From the NCBI GenBank assembly GCA_964541455.1, contig CAZIPS010000003.1, positions 2,663-66,662 on the forward strand: DNA of 64,000 nt. The letters run 5' to 3'. A program made the translations under genes and the position numbers. The notes under the pieces are model-generated. The model was not told where the DNA came from. It saw only the letters and a list, made by a program, of their open reading frames with translations, and did not search any database. This DNA is from an uncultured Candidatus Saccharibacteria bacterium (GTDB lineage Bacteria; Patescibacteriota; Minisyncoccia; Phycocordibacterales; JAKFXT01). Of the stretch, positions 28,521-36,864 are shown in pieces; positions within the stretch are counted from its first letter, which is position 1; the number at the start of each line of letters is the position of its first letter.

Positions 28521-29192
28521 ATGCCTCCCGAGCTTAAAGAAAATCGAATACCCACTCATACTGCGGGGTTTATGCTCGCCGTAGCCGCTTTTTTTGACCT
28601 TTTACAAATATTTTTTAACCTTATTCTAATCGGTTTTCTCATAAACTGGACGATTACCCTTATTTCATTTTTAACCTTTTTTGTTTGGTTTAAACTTTAT
28701 GGTGTAAACCTAGGCGATAGCGCTAAGAAAATAGCGCTTTGGCTCACCGACTATGCCTTCGATATTTTTAGTGGAGGGATTTTCCCTTCGATTTTTATTA
28801 GCACCCTTATCACTATTCTTATAGTTAAGTCAGACGATGCGCTTCGTAACCAAGGTATTGACCTCAACCTCTCAACCTCTGCCTCTTATCGCAAAAAAGT
28901 GGCGGAAAACAGGAGGGCATACCAAGCATCACTACAAAGTAACGAAGAGGAGAGTGCAGAGGGTGGGGAAGAGTCTCCCGAGCGTTTCAAAGAAACATTA
29001 TCTCGTGTTTCCCGTAGTGGAGCAGTCCCAGGGAACGAGAAAGGGGCTGCTACCACACGGGTACCCCTCACCTCAAGCGCCCCCACAGTTATCCCAAACA
29101 ATAATCAAAAAACAGAAAATAATAGCGGAATTCTTGGTAGAATAAATAGAACTTCAAACAAAAGCAGTGAACCCTATGTTAAAGCCGTTTAA
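28521..29192 (+). CDS. Hypothetical polytopic membrane protein (223 aa) in the T4SS-like cluster
   Basis: At least 3 TM helices followed by a charged C-terminal tail. Overlaps the next gene by about 26 nt. Confidence 0.45.
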   Translation: MPPELKENRIPTHTAGFMLAVAAFFDLLQIFFNLILIGFLINWTITLISFLTFFVWFKLYGVNLGDSAKKIALWLTDYAFDIFSGGIFPSIFISTLITILIVKSDDALRNQGIDLNLSTSASYRKKVAENRRAYQASLQSNEEESAEGGEESPERFKETLSRVSRSGAVPGNEKGAATTRVPLTSSAPTVIPNNNQKTENNSGILGRINRTSNKSSEPYVKAV

Positions 29193-30195
29193 TATATACC
29201 GCTCTCTTAAAAAAAGCCTTGTTTTTTTAGCGCTTTTTATGCCTTTTGTTTTTGCACGCGCCGAAGCTTCTCTTACTCCCTATGCTGAGGGAGTAAGTAC
29301 TGTTGTTACCCCCCAAAATCCTGGCCCTAATACCCTTATAACTATCCAACTGCAAAGTTCATTGGTGAACCTTGAGGCCTCGACTGTTATTTGGAGCGTT
29401 AACGGTAAGGTTATTCAATCGGGTAAAGATAGTCGCAGCTTTTCCCTTCGCCTTGGCGGTATAGGGAGTAAGAGTGTTGTTGATATCTATATCAAAAGTG
29501 ATAATTTTGGCACTATCAGCAAAACTCTAACTTTTGCCCCAACAAGTGTTGAACTCCTTTACCAAGCCTCTTCTTATACCCCACCCTTCTACAAAGGAAA
29601 GGCGCTCATCCCCTCGGAAGGCGTTGTTACCCTCTACGCACTTCCAAACTTTAAAACAAGTTCTGGATCAATTCCTCAAACAGCAAGTCTTGTTTTTACA
29701 TGGAAAAAGGATGGGGTTGTTGACGGAAATAATTCTGGACTTGGAAAAAATAGCTATCGCTATGTTAATGGAAGACTACCAGAAGATGGTCCTTCAATTG
29801 AAGTCTCTGTTGTTGATCCTAAGAGTAACTTACAAGGCTATGCCGCCTTTGCTGCCTCAACAGTTAACCCTGAAGTTGTTTTTTACGAGAATAACCCCAT
29901 TTTAGGAGTTAACCTCAATCAAAGTATTCAGAAGGACTACGCCCTTACCAAGCAAGAACTTTCTCTTATTGCCTACCCTTATTACTTTGGTACCAAAAAT
30001 AGAAATGCTCTAGGGCTTTCCTATACTTGGAATATCAACGATAACCCGGTTGCAAACAGTGCATCTGACAAGGGAACATTAACCGTGCGTAGTCCTGGGG
30101 GGAAGGGGGTTGCAAACATTTCACTTGGTGTTGAGAATAAACTAAGACTCCTTCAAACAGCGTCAAGTATTCTTTCTATTACCTACGGTCAATAA
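29167..30195 (+). CDS. Hypothetical secreted protein (342 aa), probably beta-rich
   Basis: Signal peptide (LVFLALFMPFVFARAEAS) and an Ig- or beta-sandwich-like composition. Confidence 0.45.
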   Translation: MNPMLKPFNIYRSLKKSLVFLALFMPFVFARAEASLTPYAEGVSTVVTPQNPGPNTLITIQLQSSLVNLEASTVIWSVNGKVIQSGKDSRSFSLRLGGIGSKSVVDIYIKSDNFGTISKTLTFAPTSVELLYQASSYTPPFYKGKALIPSEGVVTLYALPNFKTSSGSIPQTASLVFTWKKDGVVDGNNSGLGKNSYRYVNGRLPEDGPSIEVSVVDPKSNLQGYAAFAASTVNPEVVFYENNPILGVNLNQSIQKDYALTKQELSLIAYPYYFGTKNRNALGLSYTWNINDNPVANSASDKGTLTVRSPGGKGVANISLGVENKLRLLQTASSILSITYGQ

Positions 30196-30199
30196 TTTT

Positions 30200-30832
30200 A
30201 TGAAAAAATTTCACCCACATCTTCCACGCCCTTCTGTGTTAGCGATATTTTTCGTTTCTTTTGTTCCTTTTGCTTCACTTTTTGCTGCAACTGGCGACTA
30301 CCAATTACTTGCCCCCCTTCCTTCTTTTGGTTCTTCATACAATCCAGGACTTTTTGTAAACTACGTCCAAACTTTTATTAAACTTTCAATCACTCTTTCA
30401 GCTATTTTAGCGGTTGCTTTTATCACTATAGGTGGCTTTCAGTGGATGGGGGGAGATTCAATGCAAATGAAGTCTGATGGTAGGAAAAAGATAGAAGATG
30501 CTGTACTTGGCCTTGTTATATTAGGAGCTTCTTTTCTTATTCTTAATACCATTAACCCTGCGCTTCTCAGCTTTAAACTAGAGGTTCCTACTCTCATTAC
30601 TGGAGACACGTCCAACCAAACACAAACAAGTTACCAAGTTGATGATCTAACTAATGTTGGTCAGCAAATTCAAAACCAAATGAATCAGAATCCAAACGCT
30701 TCACCAACAGTTCAAATACGAAGTGGGACAGCTGATGAACAAAGTAATATCAGTGCTCAATGTAAGGCAAATAAACCAGGGTCAATCGGTGCCATAAAAG
30801 ACCCTACAGGGAAGTTTTATACTTGTATGTAA
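30200..30832 (+). CDS. VirB2/TrbC-like pilin subunit candidate
   Basis: 210 aa with a signal peptide, then two hydrophobic helices (IKLSITLSAILAVAFITIGGFQWMGG ... AVLGLVILGASFLILNTI) typical of T4SS pilins, and a C-terminal extension. Confidence 0.5.
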   Translation: MKKFHPHLPRPSVLAIFFVSFVPFASLFAATGDYQLLAPLPSFGSSYNPGLFVNYVQTFIKLSITLSAILAVAFITIGGFQWMGGDSMQMKSDGRKKIEDAVLGLVILGASFLILNTINPALLSFKLEVPTLITGDTSNQTQTSYQVDDLTNVGQQIQNQMNQNPNASPTVQIRSGTADEQSNISAQCKANKPGSIGAIKDPTGKFYTCM

Positions 30833-30835
30833 TAT

Positions 30836-32116
30836 ATGTCTAAAACTACAGCTATTAGTATCGTTATTGGTTTCATTCTCCTTTTGGGTGGGGGGTTAGC
30901 TTATTGGTACTACACTATAGGTCCTAAAAATCCAAGTCAACAAAACCCCCAAACAAACACCGGGGGCAATAACCTTTTCCCGTTTGGGAACACTAATCAA
31001 TCAAATAATGGCACCACTTCAACAAGCACCAATCAAACTGTAGTGAGTAAAGAACCCTCTCCCCAAGTTCGTAAGGTGTCAGCTACCCCAATTGCCGGCT
31101 TTTCTCCTCTAAATGATAAAACGTTAGGGGCGTCAGTCCGCTATATGGAAGTTGAAACAGGCAACATCTATGAAGCCCCTCTCCAAGTACTTTCAACTCG
31201 ACGCATCAGTAACACCACTATTCCAAAAGTACGAAGTGTCCTTTGGCTTCCGCAAGCGAGAGCTTTTATTGCTCAATACCTTGGTGGCGATGATGAGACG
31301 ATCCAGAGTTTTTACGGTGATATTAACCCTCCACAGAACGAAGGACAGGAAGGTAACGTAACAGGGAAGTTTATGGATGATGGCATTACCGCACTTGCCT
31401 CACTTACCCCGTTTTCTGCGAGCACTACCCTTAAAAATCCTGGTAAAATTTTCTATCTTAAAAACACCACAAACGGTGCGGAGGGTTTCAGTGCCTTACA
31501 AAATGGTAGTAAACCAACTTCCGTATTTAACTCTCCACTTTCTGAATGGCTTCTTCTTAACAGTGGGGGAGACGCCCTTTTCCTTCAAACTAAGTCCTCC
31601 GCACTTGCTTCCTCGTATCTTTTTAGTCTAAACCCTTCAACAGGCGCTTTGAGTAAAGTGCTTGGAAACATTGTTGGCCTCTCTTCATTACCAAACCAAA
31701 AGGGGGATATGGTGCTTTATTCCGAAACACTAAACAAGAAACCTCTACTTCACCTCTACAATGTAGGTAAAAATACTTTCCAAACCATTCCTCTTAATAC
31801 CTTTGCTGACAAATGCGCATGGCTTGAAAGTACTACCACTAAAGCAACAAACTCCTCACGCATCTATTGTGGCGTTCCTTCTTTAATGCTTTCACAAGTC
31901 CTATACCCTGATAGTTGGTACCAAGGAAAGACAACTTTTAATGATGACATTTGGGAGATCAACCCAACAACACTTGAGTTAAACAAACTTGTTCCACTTG
32001 TTGATAGTGGGTCATACCTCGATGTTTGGAACCCTTCCTTAAGTAGCGATAGCGCCTATTTTATCTTTATAAACAAAAGGGATTTAACTTTGTGGAGTAT
32101 TAAGCTAAGGGGGTAG
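30836..32116 (+). CDS. Hypothetical exported protein with an N-terminal TM anchor (426 aa), last gene of the T4SS-like block
   Basis: N-terminal TM helix, a Gln/Asn/Thr-rich linker and a large extracellular domain. Confidence 0.45.
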   Translation: MSKTTAISIVIGFILLLGGGLAYWYYTIGPKNPSQQNPQTNTGGNNLFPFGNTNQSNNGTTSTSTNQTVVSKEPSPQVRKVSATPIAGFSPLNDKTLGASVRYMEVETGNIYEAPLQVLSTRRISNTTIPKVRSVLWLPQARAFIAQYLGGDDETIQSFYGDINPPQNEGQEGNVTGKFMDDGITALASLTPFSASTTLKNPGKIFYLKNTTNGAEGFSALQNGSKPTSVFNSPLSEWLLLNSGGDALFLQTKSSALASSYLFSLNPSTGALSKVLGNIVGLSSLPNQKGDMVLYSETLNKKPLLHLYNVGKNTFQTIPLNTFADKCAWLESTTTKATNSSRIYCGVPSLMLSQVLYPDSWYQGKTTFNDDIWEINPTTLELNKLVPLVDSGSYLDVWNPSLSSDSAYFIFINKRDLTLWSIKLRG

Positions 32117-32576
32117 GGGGTACACTTTCTTTTTTCCCATACACAATAACTACTCTTCTTGAGGGACCTTCTCCTCGTGATTCTGTGTAGAGTTGTGGGT
32201 GGCCTACAAAAAAATTGTGCACAAGAAGTCTTTCGTATGGGCCCATAGGCTCCATCTCTACTTCCTGTTTAAACGCAAGCACCTGCTCTCCTAGTAGTTT
32301 TGCGCTTTCTTTAATTCTTTCTTCTTCTTTTTCACGGTACTTATTAACATCAATACTTATACTTTCCTCAATCCCGGCTTTCTCTGCCATTCTTCGCACA
32401 AGGTGATTTATAGCTGAAAGTGTTGCCCCATTAGCCCCGATTAGTCTTTCTGGATCGCTACTTTTAATAGCAACCTTAAGAGAAGCTTCGGTTGCCACAA
32501 CATCTCCCACTTCAGTATCGAAGGGAATATACGAGAGAAACTTTTTTACTATATCTTTGAGTTTCTCTTCTTTCAT
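32100..32576 (-). CDS. jag: Jag/SpoIIIJ-associated RNA-binding protein (KH plus R3H domains)
   Basis: 158 aa with GANGATLSAINHLV (KH-like) and LLVHNFF..HPQLYTESRGEGPSRRVVI (R3H). Conserved position downstream of yidC. Confidence 0.8.
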   Translation of the reverse strand: MKEEKLKDIVKKFLSYIPFDTEVGDVVATEASLKVAIKSSDPERLIGANGATLSAINHLVRRMAEKAGIEESISIDVNKYREKEEERIKESAKLLGEQVLAFKQEVEMEPMGPYERLLVHNFFVGHPQLYTESRGEGPSRRVVIVYGKKESVPPTPLA

Positions 32577-32578
32577 AT

Positions 32579-33298
32579 CTATACTGCCTTTTTATGCTTA
32601 CGTAATGCCAATTCCTGTCCGATGGTAAAAATATTACTGACACAGAAATAGAGTGCTACCACCGAAGAAAGGCTGTGACTGATAAAAATAATAATCAAGG
32701 GAAATATGTACTTCATTTGAAGATTCATACTCCGCGCAAGGTCGTTTTTTAAAGAAACCTCGTTTGTTTGTGGAAGGGGAGGCATAGCAAGTTGCGCTTG
32801 GATAAACTGTGCTCCGCCAGCAATGAGGGCGAGTGTCCAGCTCTTTTCTGCCATATGGAACATAAGAAATTCCATAGAAACAGTGCCTGTTGGGAGATGT
32901 ATAAAACTATACAGATCAGCGGTGTGTATTGTTGGAAACCCTCCTTTATAGAAAATAAAGTAAAGCGCAAAAATAACCGGGAGTTGAATAAAAAGCGCAA
33001 GGATGCTTGAAAACGGGTTCACTCCCTCATCTTTATATACTTGCATAGTTGCAACAGCTGCAGCTTGCTTGTCGTTTTTGTACTTTTCGCGTATTGCTTC
33101 CAGTTTTGGCTCTATATCCCTCATTTTCATTTGAGTGATAAGTGCTTTTTTAGTTAGAGGAAAAAGGGCGAATTTAACTAGAAGGGTTGTTGCAATAACC
33201 GCAAGGGCTACTGAGTGGTTGGGGAGTATAGTAATTAAAAAAACAGCCACATTATAGATCGGCTGATAAAAAACTGTATGAAAAAATCCCCCGCTCAT
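32579..33298 (-). CDS. yidC: Membrane protein insertase YidC/Oxa1 (short form)
   Basis: 239 aa, five TM segments, LLVKFALFPLTKK and VNPFSSILALFIQLPVIFALYFIF motifs. Conserved rnpA-yidC-jag synteny. Confidence 0.9.
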   Translation of the reverse strand: MSGGFFHTVFYQPIYNVAVFLITILPNHSVALAVIATTLLVKFALFPLTKKALITQMKMRDIEPKLEAIREKYKNDKQAAAVATMQVYKDEGVNPFSSILALFIQLPVIFALYFIFYKGGFPTIHTADLYSFIHLPTGTVSMEFLMFHMAEKSWTLALIAGGAQFIQAQLAMPPLPQTNEVSLKNDLARSMNLQMKYIFPLIIIFISHSLSSVVALYFCVSNIFTIGQELALRKHKKAV

Positions 33299-33322
33299 AA
33301 GGGATATTCTACCCTACTTTAG

Positions 33323-33664
33323 TTAGTTTAAAAGCCTTGCTTTAGCAAAAAGCATTTTTAGCTCGTTTTCTAACGCTTTATAGGGTATTTCAAGACCCTC
33401 TTTTTTTACAAAGACAATACCGGCTACGCTAGCCCTAAGTGAGGGGTAGAAACTTTGAATTATAGTGTATACACGCCTTTTCACTGTATTCCTTTTTGGT
33501 TTATTTCTAGTCACTTTTGCTGGGACCACTACTGAAAAACGGCTTATTTCGTGGGTTTTTAAGGGGTTTACCCTTAAAGAGAGGGTGGGGGAGGAAACAA
33601 AAAAACCCTCTCCAAAGTGTTTGGTGAAGGACTTTTTGTCTAGGCGCCTTGTTTTAGGCAACAT
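33323..33664 (-). CDS. rnpA: Ribonuclease P protein component
   Basis: 113 aa, basic, with the RNR-like motif (KVTRNKPKRNTVKRRV). Located downstream of rpmH. Confidence 0.85.
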   Translation of the reverse strand: MLPKTRRLDKKSFTKHFGEGFFVSSPTLSLRVNPLKTHEISRFSVVVPAKVTRNKPKRNTVKRRVYTIIQSFYPSLRASVAGIVFVKKEGLEIPYKALENELKMLFAKARLLN

Positions 33665-33670
33665 ACGTCT

Positions 33671-33805
33671 TTAGACACTTAGCTTCTTTCTTCCTTGGGC
33701 TCGGCGGCGGGCAAGCACTTTCTTACCCCCAGCAGTTGCACTACGGACCAAAAAACCATGTGTGGTGGCTCTTTTCTTCTTTTTTGGTTGATATGTTTTT
33801 GACAT
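33671..33805 (-). CDS. rpmH: 50S ribosomal protein L34
   Basis: 44-aa ORF absent from the ORF track. Translates to [44 protein letters not shown], a canonical L34 immediately upstream of rnpA. Confidence 0.9.
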   Translation of the reverse strand: MSKTYQPKKKKRATTHGFLVRSATAGGKKVLARRRAQGRKKLSV

Positions 33806-33974
33806 TGGGGTGTAGTATAGCCTATTCTCGCTCTTTTGGAAATAGCTTCGCTTTTTAAAAAGGTTTAATTACTTACCCACATGTTATACCCATATTTATC
33901 ACCATAACCCTCCTTTTCTGGTAAGTGTTGCAGTTTTCTAAGAAGAGTATAATAGGGGACACTAATATATTCTT

Positions 33975-35315
33975 ATGCTTGATAACAAACAATTGTGGGA
34001 AAGTGTTTTAACTGATATTGAGCAAAATGTTTCAAAGGCGACCTTTACTACTTGGTTTAAAGATACAGGAATAATGAAACAAGATGAGGGGGTGGTGTTC
34101 CTTTCAGTCCCTAACCAATTTGTAAAAGAGTGGCTTTATAATAAATACCATAAGACTATTTTAAAAAACCTTCGAGATTTAAACGAACAAGTCCGTAATA
34201 TTGAATATGTGGTTAACAAGGAACCACCTAAGATGGTCGAGACTATCCGAAAGGTCGACAACCCCACTAATGAGCTCCCCCTTGCTGACCATTATGTTAA
34301 TAAAGAAGATAATCTAAACCCTCGCTATACATTCGACTCTTTTGTTGTGGGATCTTTTAATGATATGGCCTTTGCCGCTGCTCAAGCGGTTATGAAAAAA
34401 CCTGGTATTGCGTACAACCCTCTTTTTATCTATGGAAATACTGGGCATGGGAAAACACACTTAATTCAAGCAATAGGGAATTATATTAAGCACGCTTCTC
34501 CAAACAATAAGGTGTACTATATTACTTCCGAAAATTTCTACCTTGGGCTTGTTAATGCAATGCAAGAAAACAAAATTCTTTTGTTTAAAGAAAAGTACCG
34601 TAAATACGATGTTTTTATTATGGATGACGTACAGTTTTTATCTAATAAAGAAAAAACTCAAGAAGAACTTTTTCATCTTTTTAACACCCTCTATGATAAT
34701 AATAAACAAATTATATTCTCTTCAGATAAACATATAAACCAAATCCCTAATTTAGAGGATAGAATTAAATCTCGCTTTGGAGCAGGGATGATTGTTGATA
34801 TTCAGGCCCCTGACTATGATTCTCGTGTCGCAATTATCAAAACAAAGTGTGCTGTACAAGGGATTCTTCTCCCTGAGGAAATAGTGTCTTACCTCGCTGC
34901 TTCTGATAACAGTATCCGTGAGTTAGAGGGGGCCTTAAACACCATTACCTACCAAATCCAACTTAAAAATAAAGTCCTTTCGTTAGCTGAGATAAAAAAC
35001 ATTATTAAAGAGACGAGTAAACCTAAAAAAATGTTTTCTGTTAAGGAAATCATAAAAACTATCGCTGATTTTTACGACATCCCTGAAACAAGTATTTACG
35101 AAAAAACAAGAAGAAAAGAAGTGGTAAAACCAAGGCAAATTATTATGTATATCTTAAGAGAAGATTTTAAGGTGTCATATCCAACTATCGGAGAAAAGTT
35201 GGGGGGAAGAGATCATACCACTGTTATCCACTCATGTGAAAAAATTAAACATGATATTAAAGAGGATCTTCAGTTAAGTGAGGAAATTGATCGGATTAAG
35301 ACATTATTAAAATAA
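33975..35315 (+). CDS. dnaA: Chromosomal replication initiator protein DnaA
   Basis: 446 aa. Walker A (IYGNTGHGKTHL), sensor/Box VII, and a C-terminal DNA-binding domain (KPRQIIMYILREDFKVSYPTIGEKLGGRDHTTVIHSCEKI). Confidence 0.97.
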   Translation: MLDNKQLWESVLTDIEQNVSKATFTTWFKDTGIMKQDEGVVFLSVPNQFVKEWLYNKYHKTILKNLRDLNEQVRNIEYVVNKEPPKMVETIRKVDNPTNELPLADHYVNKEDNLNPRYTFDSFVVGSFNDMAFAAAQAVMKKPGIAYNPLFIYGNTGHGKTHLIQAIGNYIKHASPNNKVYYITSENFYLGLVNAMQENKILLFKEKYRKYDVFIMDDVQFLSNKEKTQEELFHLFNTLYDNNKQIIFSSDKHINQIPNLEDRIKSRFGAGMIVDIQAPDYDSRVAIIKTKCAVQGILLPEEIVSYLAASDNSIRELEGALNTITYQIQLKNKVLSLAEIKNIIKETSKPKKMFSVKEIIKTIADFYDIPETSIYEKTRRKEVVKPRQIIMYILREDFKVSYPTIGEKLGGRDHTTVIHSCEKIKHDIKEDLQLSEEIDRIKTLLK

Positions 35316-35474
35316 GTATGTGGAAAATATGTTGGTAATAACTGAAAAAGGTGAGGGAAAGTATGTAAGTTATCCAGTGATTAAAAAAAGCTAGAGGTAT
35401 ATTCCACAAAAAAGAATGGTAGTTATAAAAAAATATAAGATAAAAAACCTATATACCACCTACTATAATAACCT

Positions 35475-35490
35475 TATCCACTTATCCACT
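35475..35490 (+). promoter_or_regulatory. Two tandem perfect DnaA boxes (TTATCCAC TTATCCAC) in the AT-rich dnaA-dnaN intergenic region, the putative oriC
   Basis: CCTTATCCACTTATCCACTACG within the 192-bp AT-rich spacer 35316-35507. Confidence 0.7.
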
Positions 35491-35507
35491 ACGTAATTAT
35501 CTGTTGT

Positions 35508-36602
35508 ATGAAATTTGAATGTAATAAAGAAAAACTACAAGAGTTAGTAGTTAAAATAGAAAAAACAACAAGTCGGAACGCAACACTTCCCATTCTTAGT
35601 TGTATTCTTTTGGTGGTTAAAGATAAAACACTTACACTTAAAGCCACTAATTTAGAAGTAGGAAGTGAGCTTATACTCCCTGTAAGGGTGGAAAAAGAAG
35701 GAGTGGTTGCAGTTTCTGGTTCTCTTTTTTCTCAAATCCTCTCCTCCTTAAAAACAAATAAAAACCTTACTATAGAAGAGAAGGATGGGGGGGTAGAAAT
35801 AAAAACAATAGAAACAACTGTTTTTTTAAAAACAAATCCTTATGAAGAGTTTCCGCTTATCCCTCGTATTGAGGCAGATAAAAAAATAGTTATAAAAGTT
35901 AAAGATATTATTCTTGGGATAAAAAGTGTGGTGTATAGTGCTTCTCTTTCTACTATTAAACCAGAACTTGGAAGCATCTATATTTACCAAGAAACAAATA
36001 CACTTATTTTTGTTGCAACAGACTCTTTTAGATTGGCAGAGAAAAAAATTGTTGTTAAAAATATAGAACAATTTCCTTCAATACTTATTCCCTACAAAAA
36101 TGCCTTAGAAATTGTAAGGCTTTTTGAAGGTGTTGATGAAGAGGTGGAGTTTTTAATCACTAAAAATCAAATTAGTCTCGAACATCAACATATATTTATT
36201 ACCTCAAGAGTTGTTGATGGAGTCTTTCCTGATTACACACAAATAATACCAAAAGAAAATATCGCCACAGCGTTAGTGTTAAAACAAGATATTATTAACG
36301 GTATTAAAAGTCTCTCAGTGTTTTCTGATAAGTTTAATCAAATTATTTTTACTCTTACAAAAGAGGGAATAGTGCTTGAAACGAAAAATAACGATATTGG
36401 AGAAGGAAAAACAGTAGTGGTGGGGAAAGTAACAGGAGAGATGGTTAAAGTTAAGTTTAATCAAAAATATATCACTGATGCTTTTTCTACACTAACCGAT
36501 GAATCAATCCTCCTTTCTTTTTCTGAAGAAAGAAAACCACTTGTTATAGAAGGTGCTTCAAATAAGAGCTTTAAGTATCTTGTTATGCCAATGAATAACT
36601 AA
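35508..36602 (+). CDS. dnaN: DNA polymerase III beta sliding clamp
   Basis: 364 aa in a three-domain clamp architecture, conserved position after dnaA, and C-terminal motif LVMPM. Confidence 0.9.
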   Translation: MKFECNKEKLQELVVKIEKTTSRNATLPILSCILLVVKDKTLTLKATNLEVGSELILPVRVEKEGVVAVSGSLFSQILSSLKTNKNLTIEEKDGGVEIKTIETTVFLKTNPYEEFPLIPRIEADKKIVIKVKDIILGIKSVVYSASLSTIKPELGSIYIYQETNTLIFVATDSFRLAEKKIVVKNIEQFPSILIPYKNALEIVRLFEGVDEEVEFLITKNQISLEHQHIFITSRVVDGVFPDYTQIIPKENIATALVLKQDIINGIKSLSVFSDKFNQIIFTLTKEGIVLETKNNDIGEGKTVVVGKVTGEMVKVKFNQKYITDAFSTLTDESILLSFSEERKPLVIEGASNKSFKYLVMPMNN

Positions 36603-36604
36603 AC

Positions 36605-36859
36605 ATGTTTGAAATTAAAGATATTATTGCCAGGTTTTCTTTAAAAATTTCTCCAGAAAGAAAGGTTAATCTCGCATTAAAAGATTATTTTAAAGAAAAA
36701 AATATTCCTTATACTGGCGTTGCTCCAAAAATCTCACAACAAACAGTGTTTATCCATGGGGATAGTTATACAAAAATGTATATACAAACATATCAAAAAG
36801 AGATACTCGCACTTATACAAAAAGTACTGCCAGAAAGTAACATACAAACGATTAAATAA
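36605..36859 (+). CDS. Small protein downstream of dnaN, possibly DUF721/DciA-like
   Basis: 84 aa. Position and size are reminiscent of DUF721 proteins near dnaN. Sequence similarity cannot be verified here. Confidence 0.3.
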   Translation: MFEIKDIIARFSLKISPERKVNLALKDYFKEKNIPYTGVAPKISQQTVFIHGDSYTKMYIQTYQKEILALIQKVLPESNIQTIK

Positions 36860-36864
36860 AAAAC

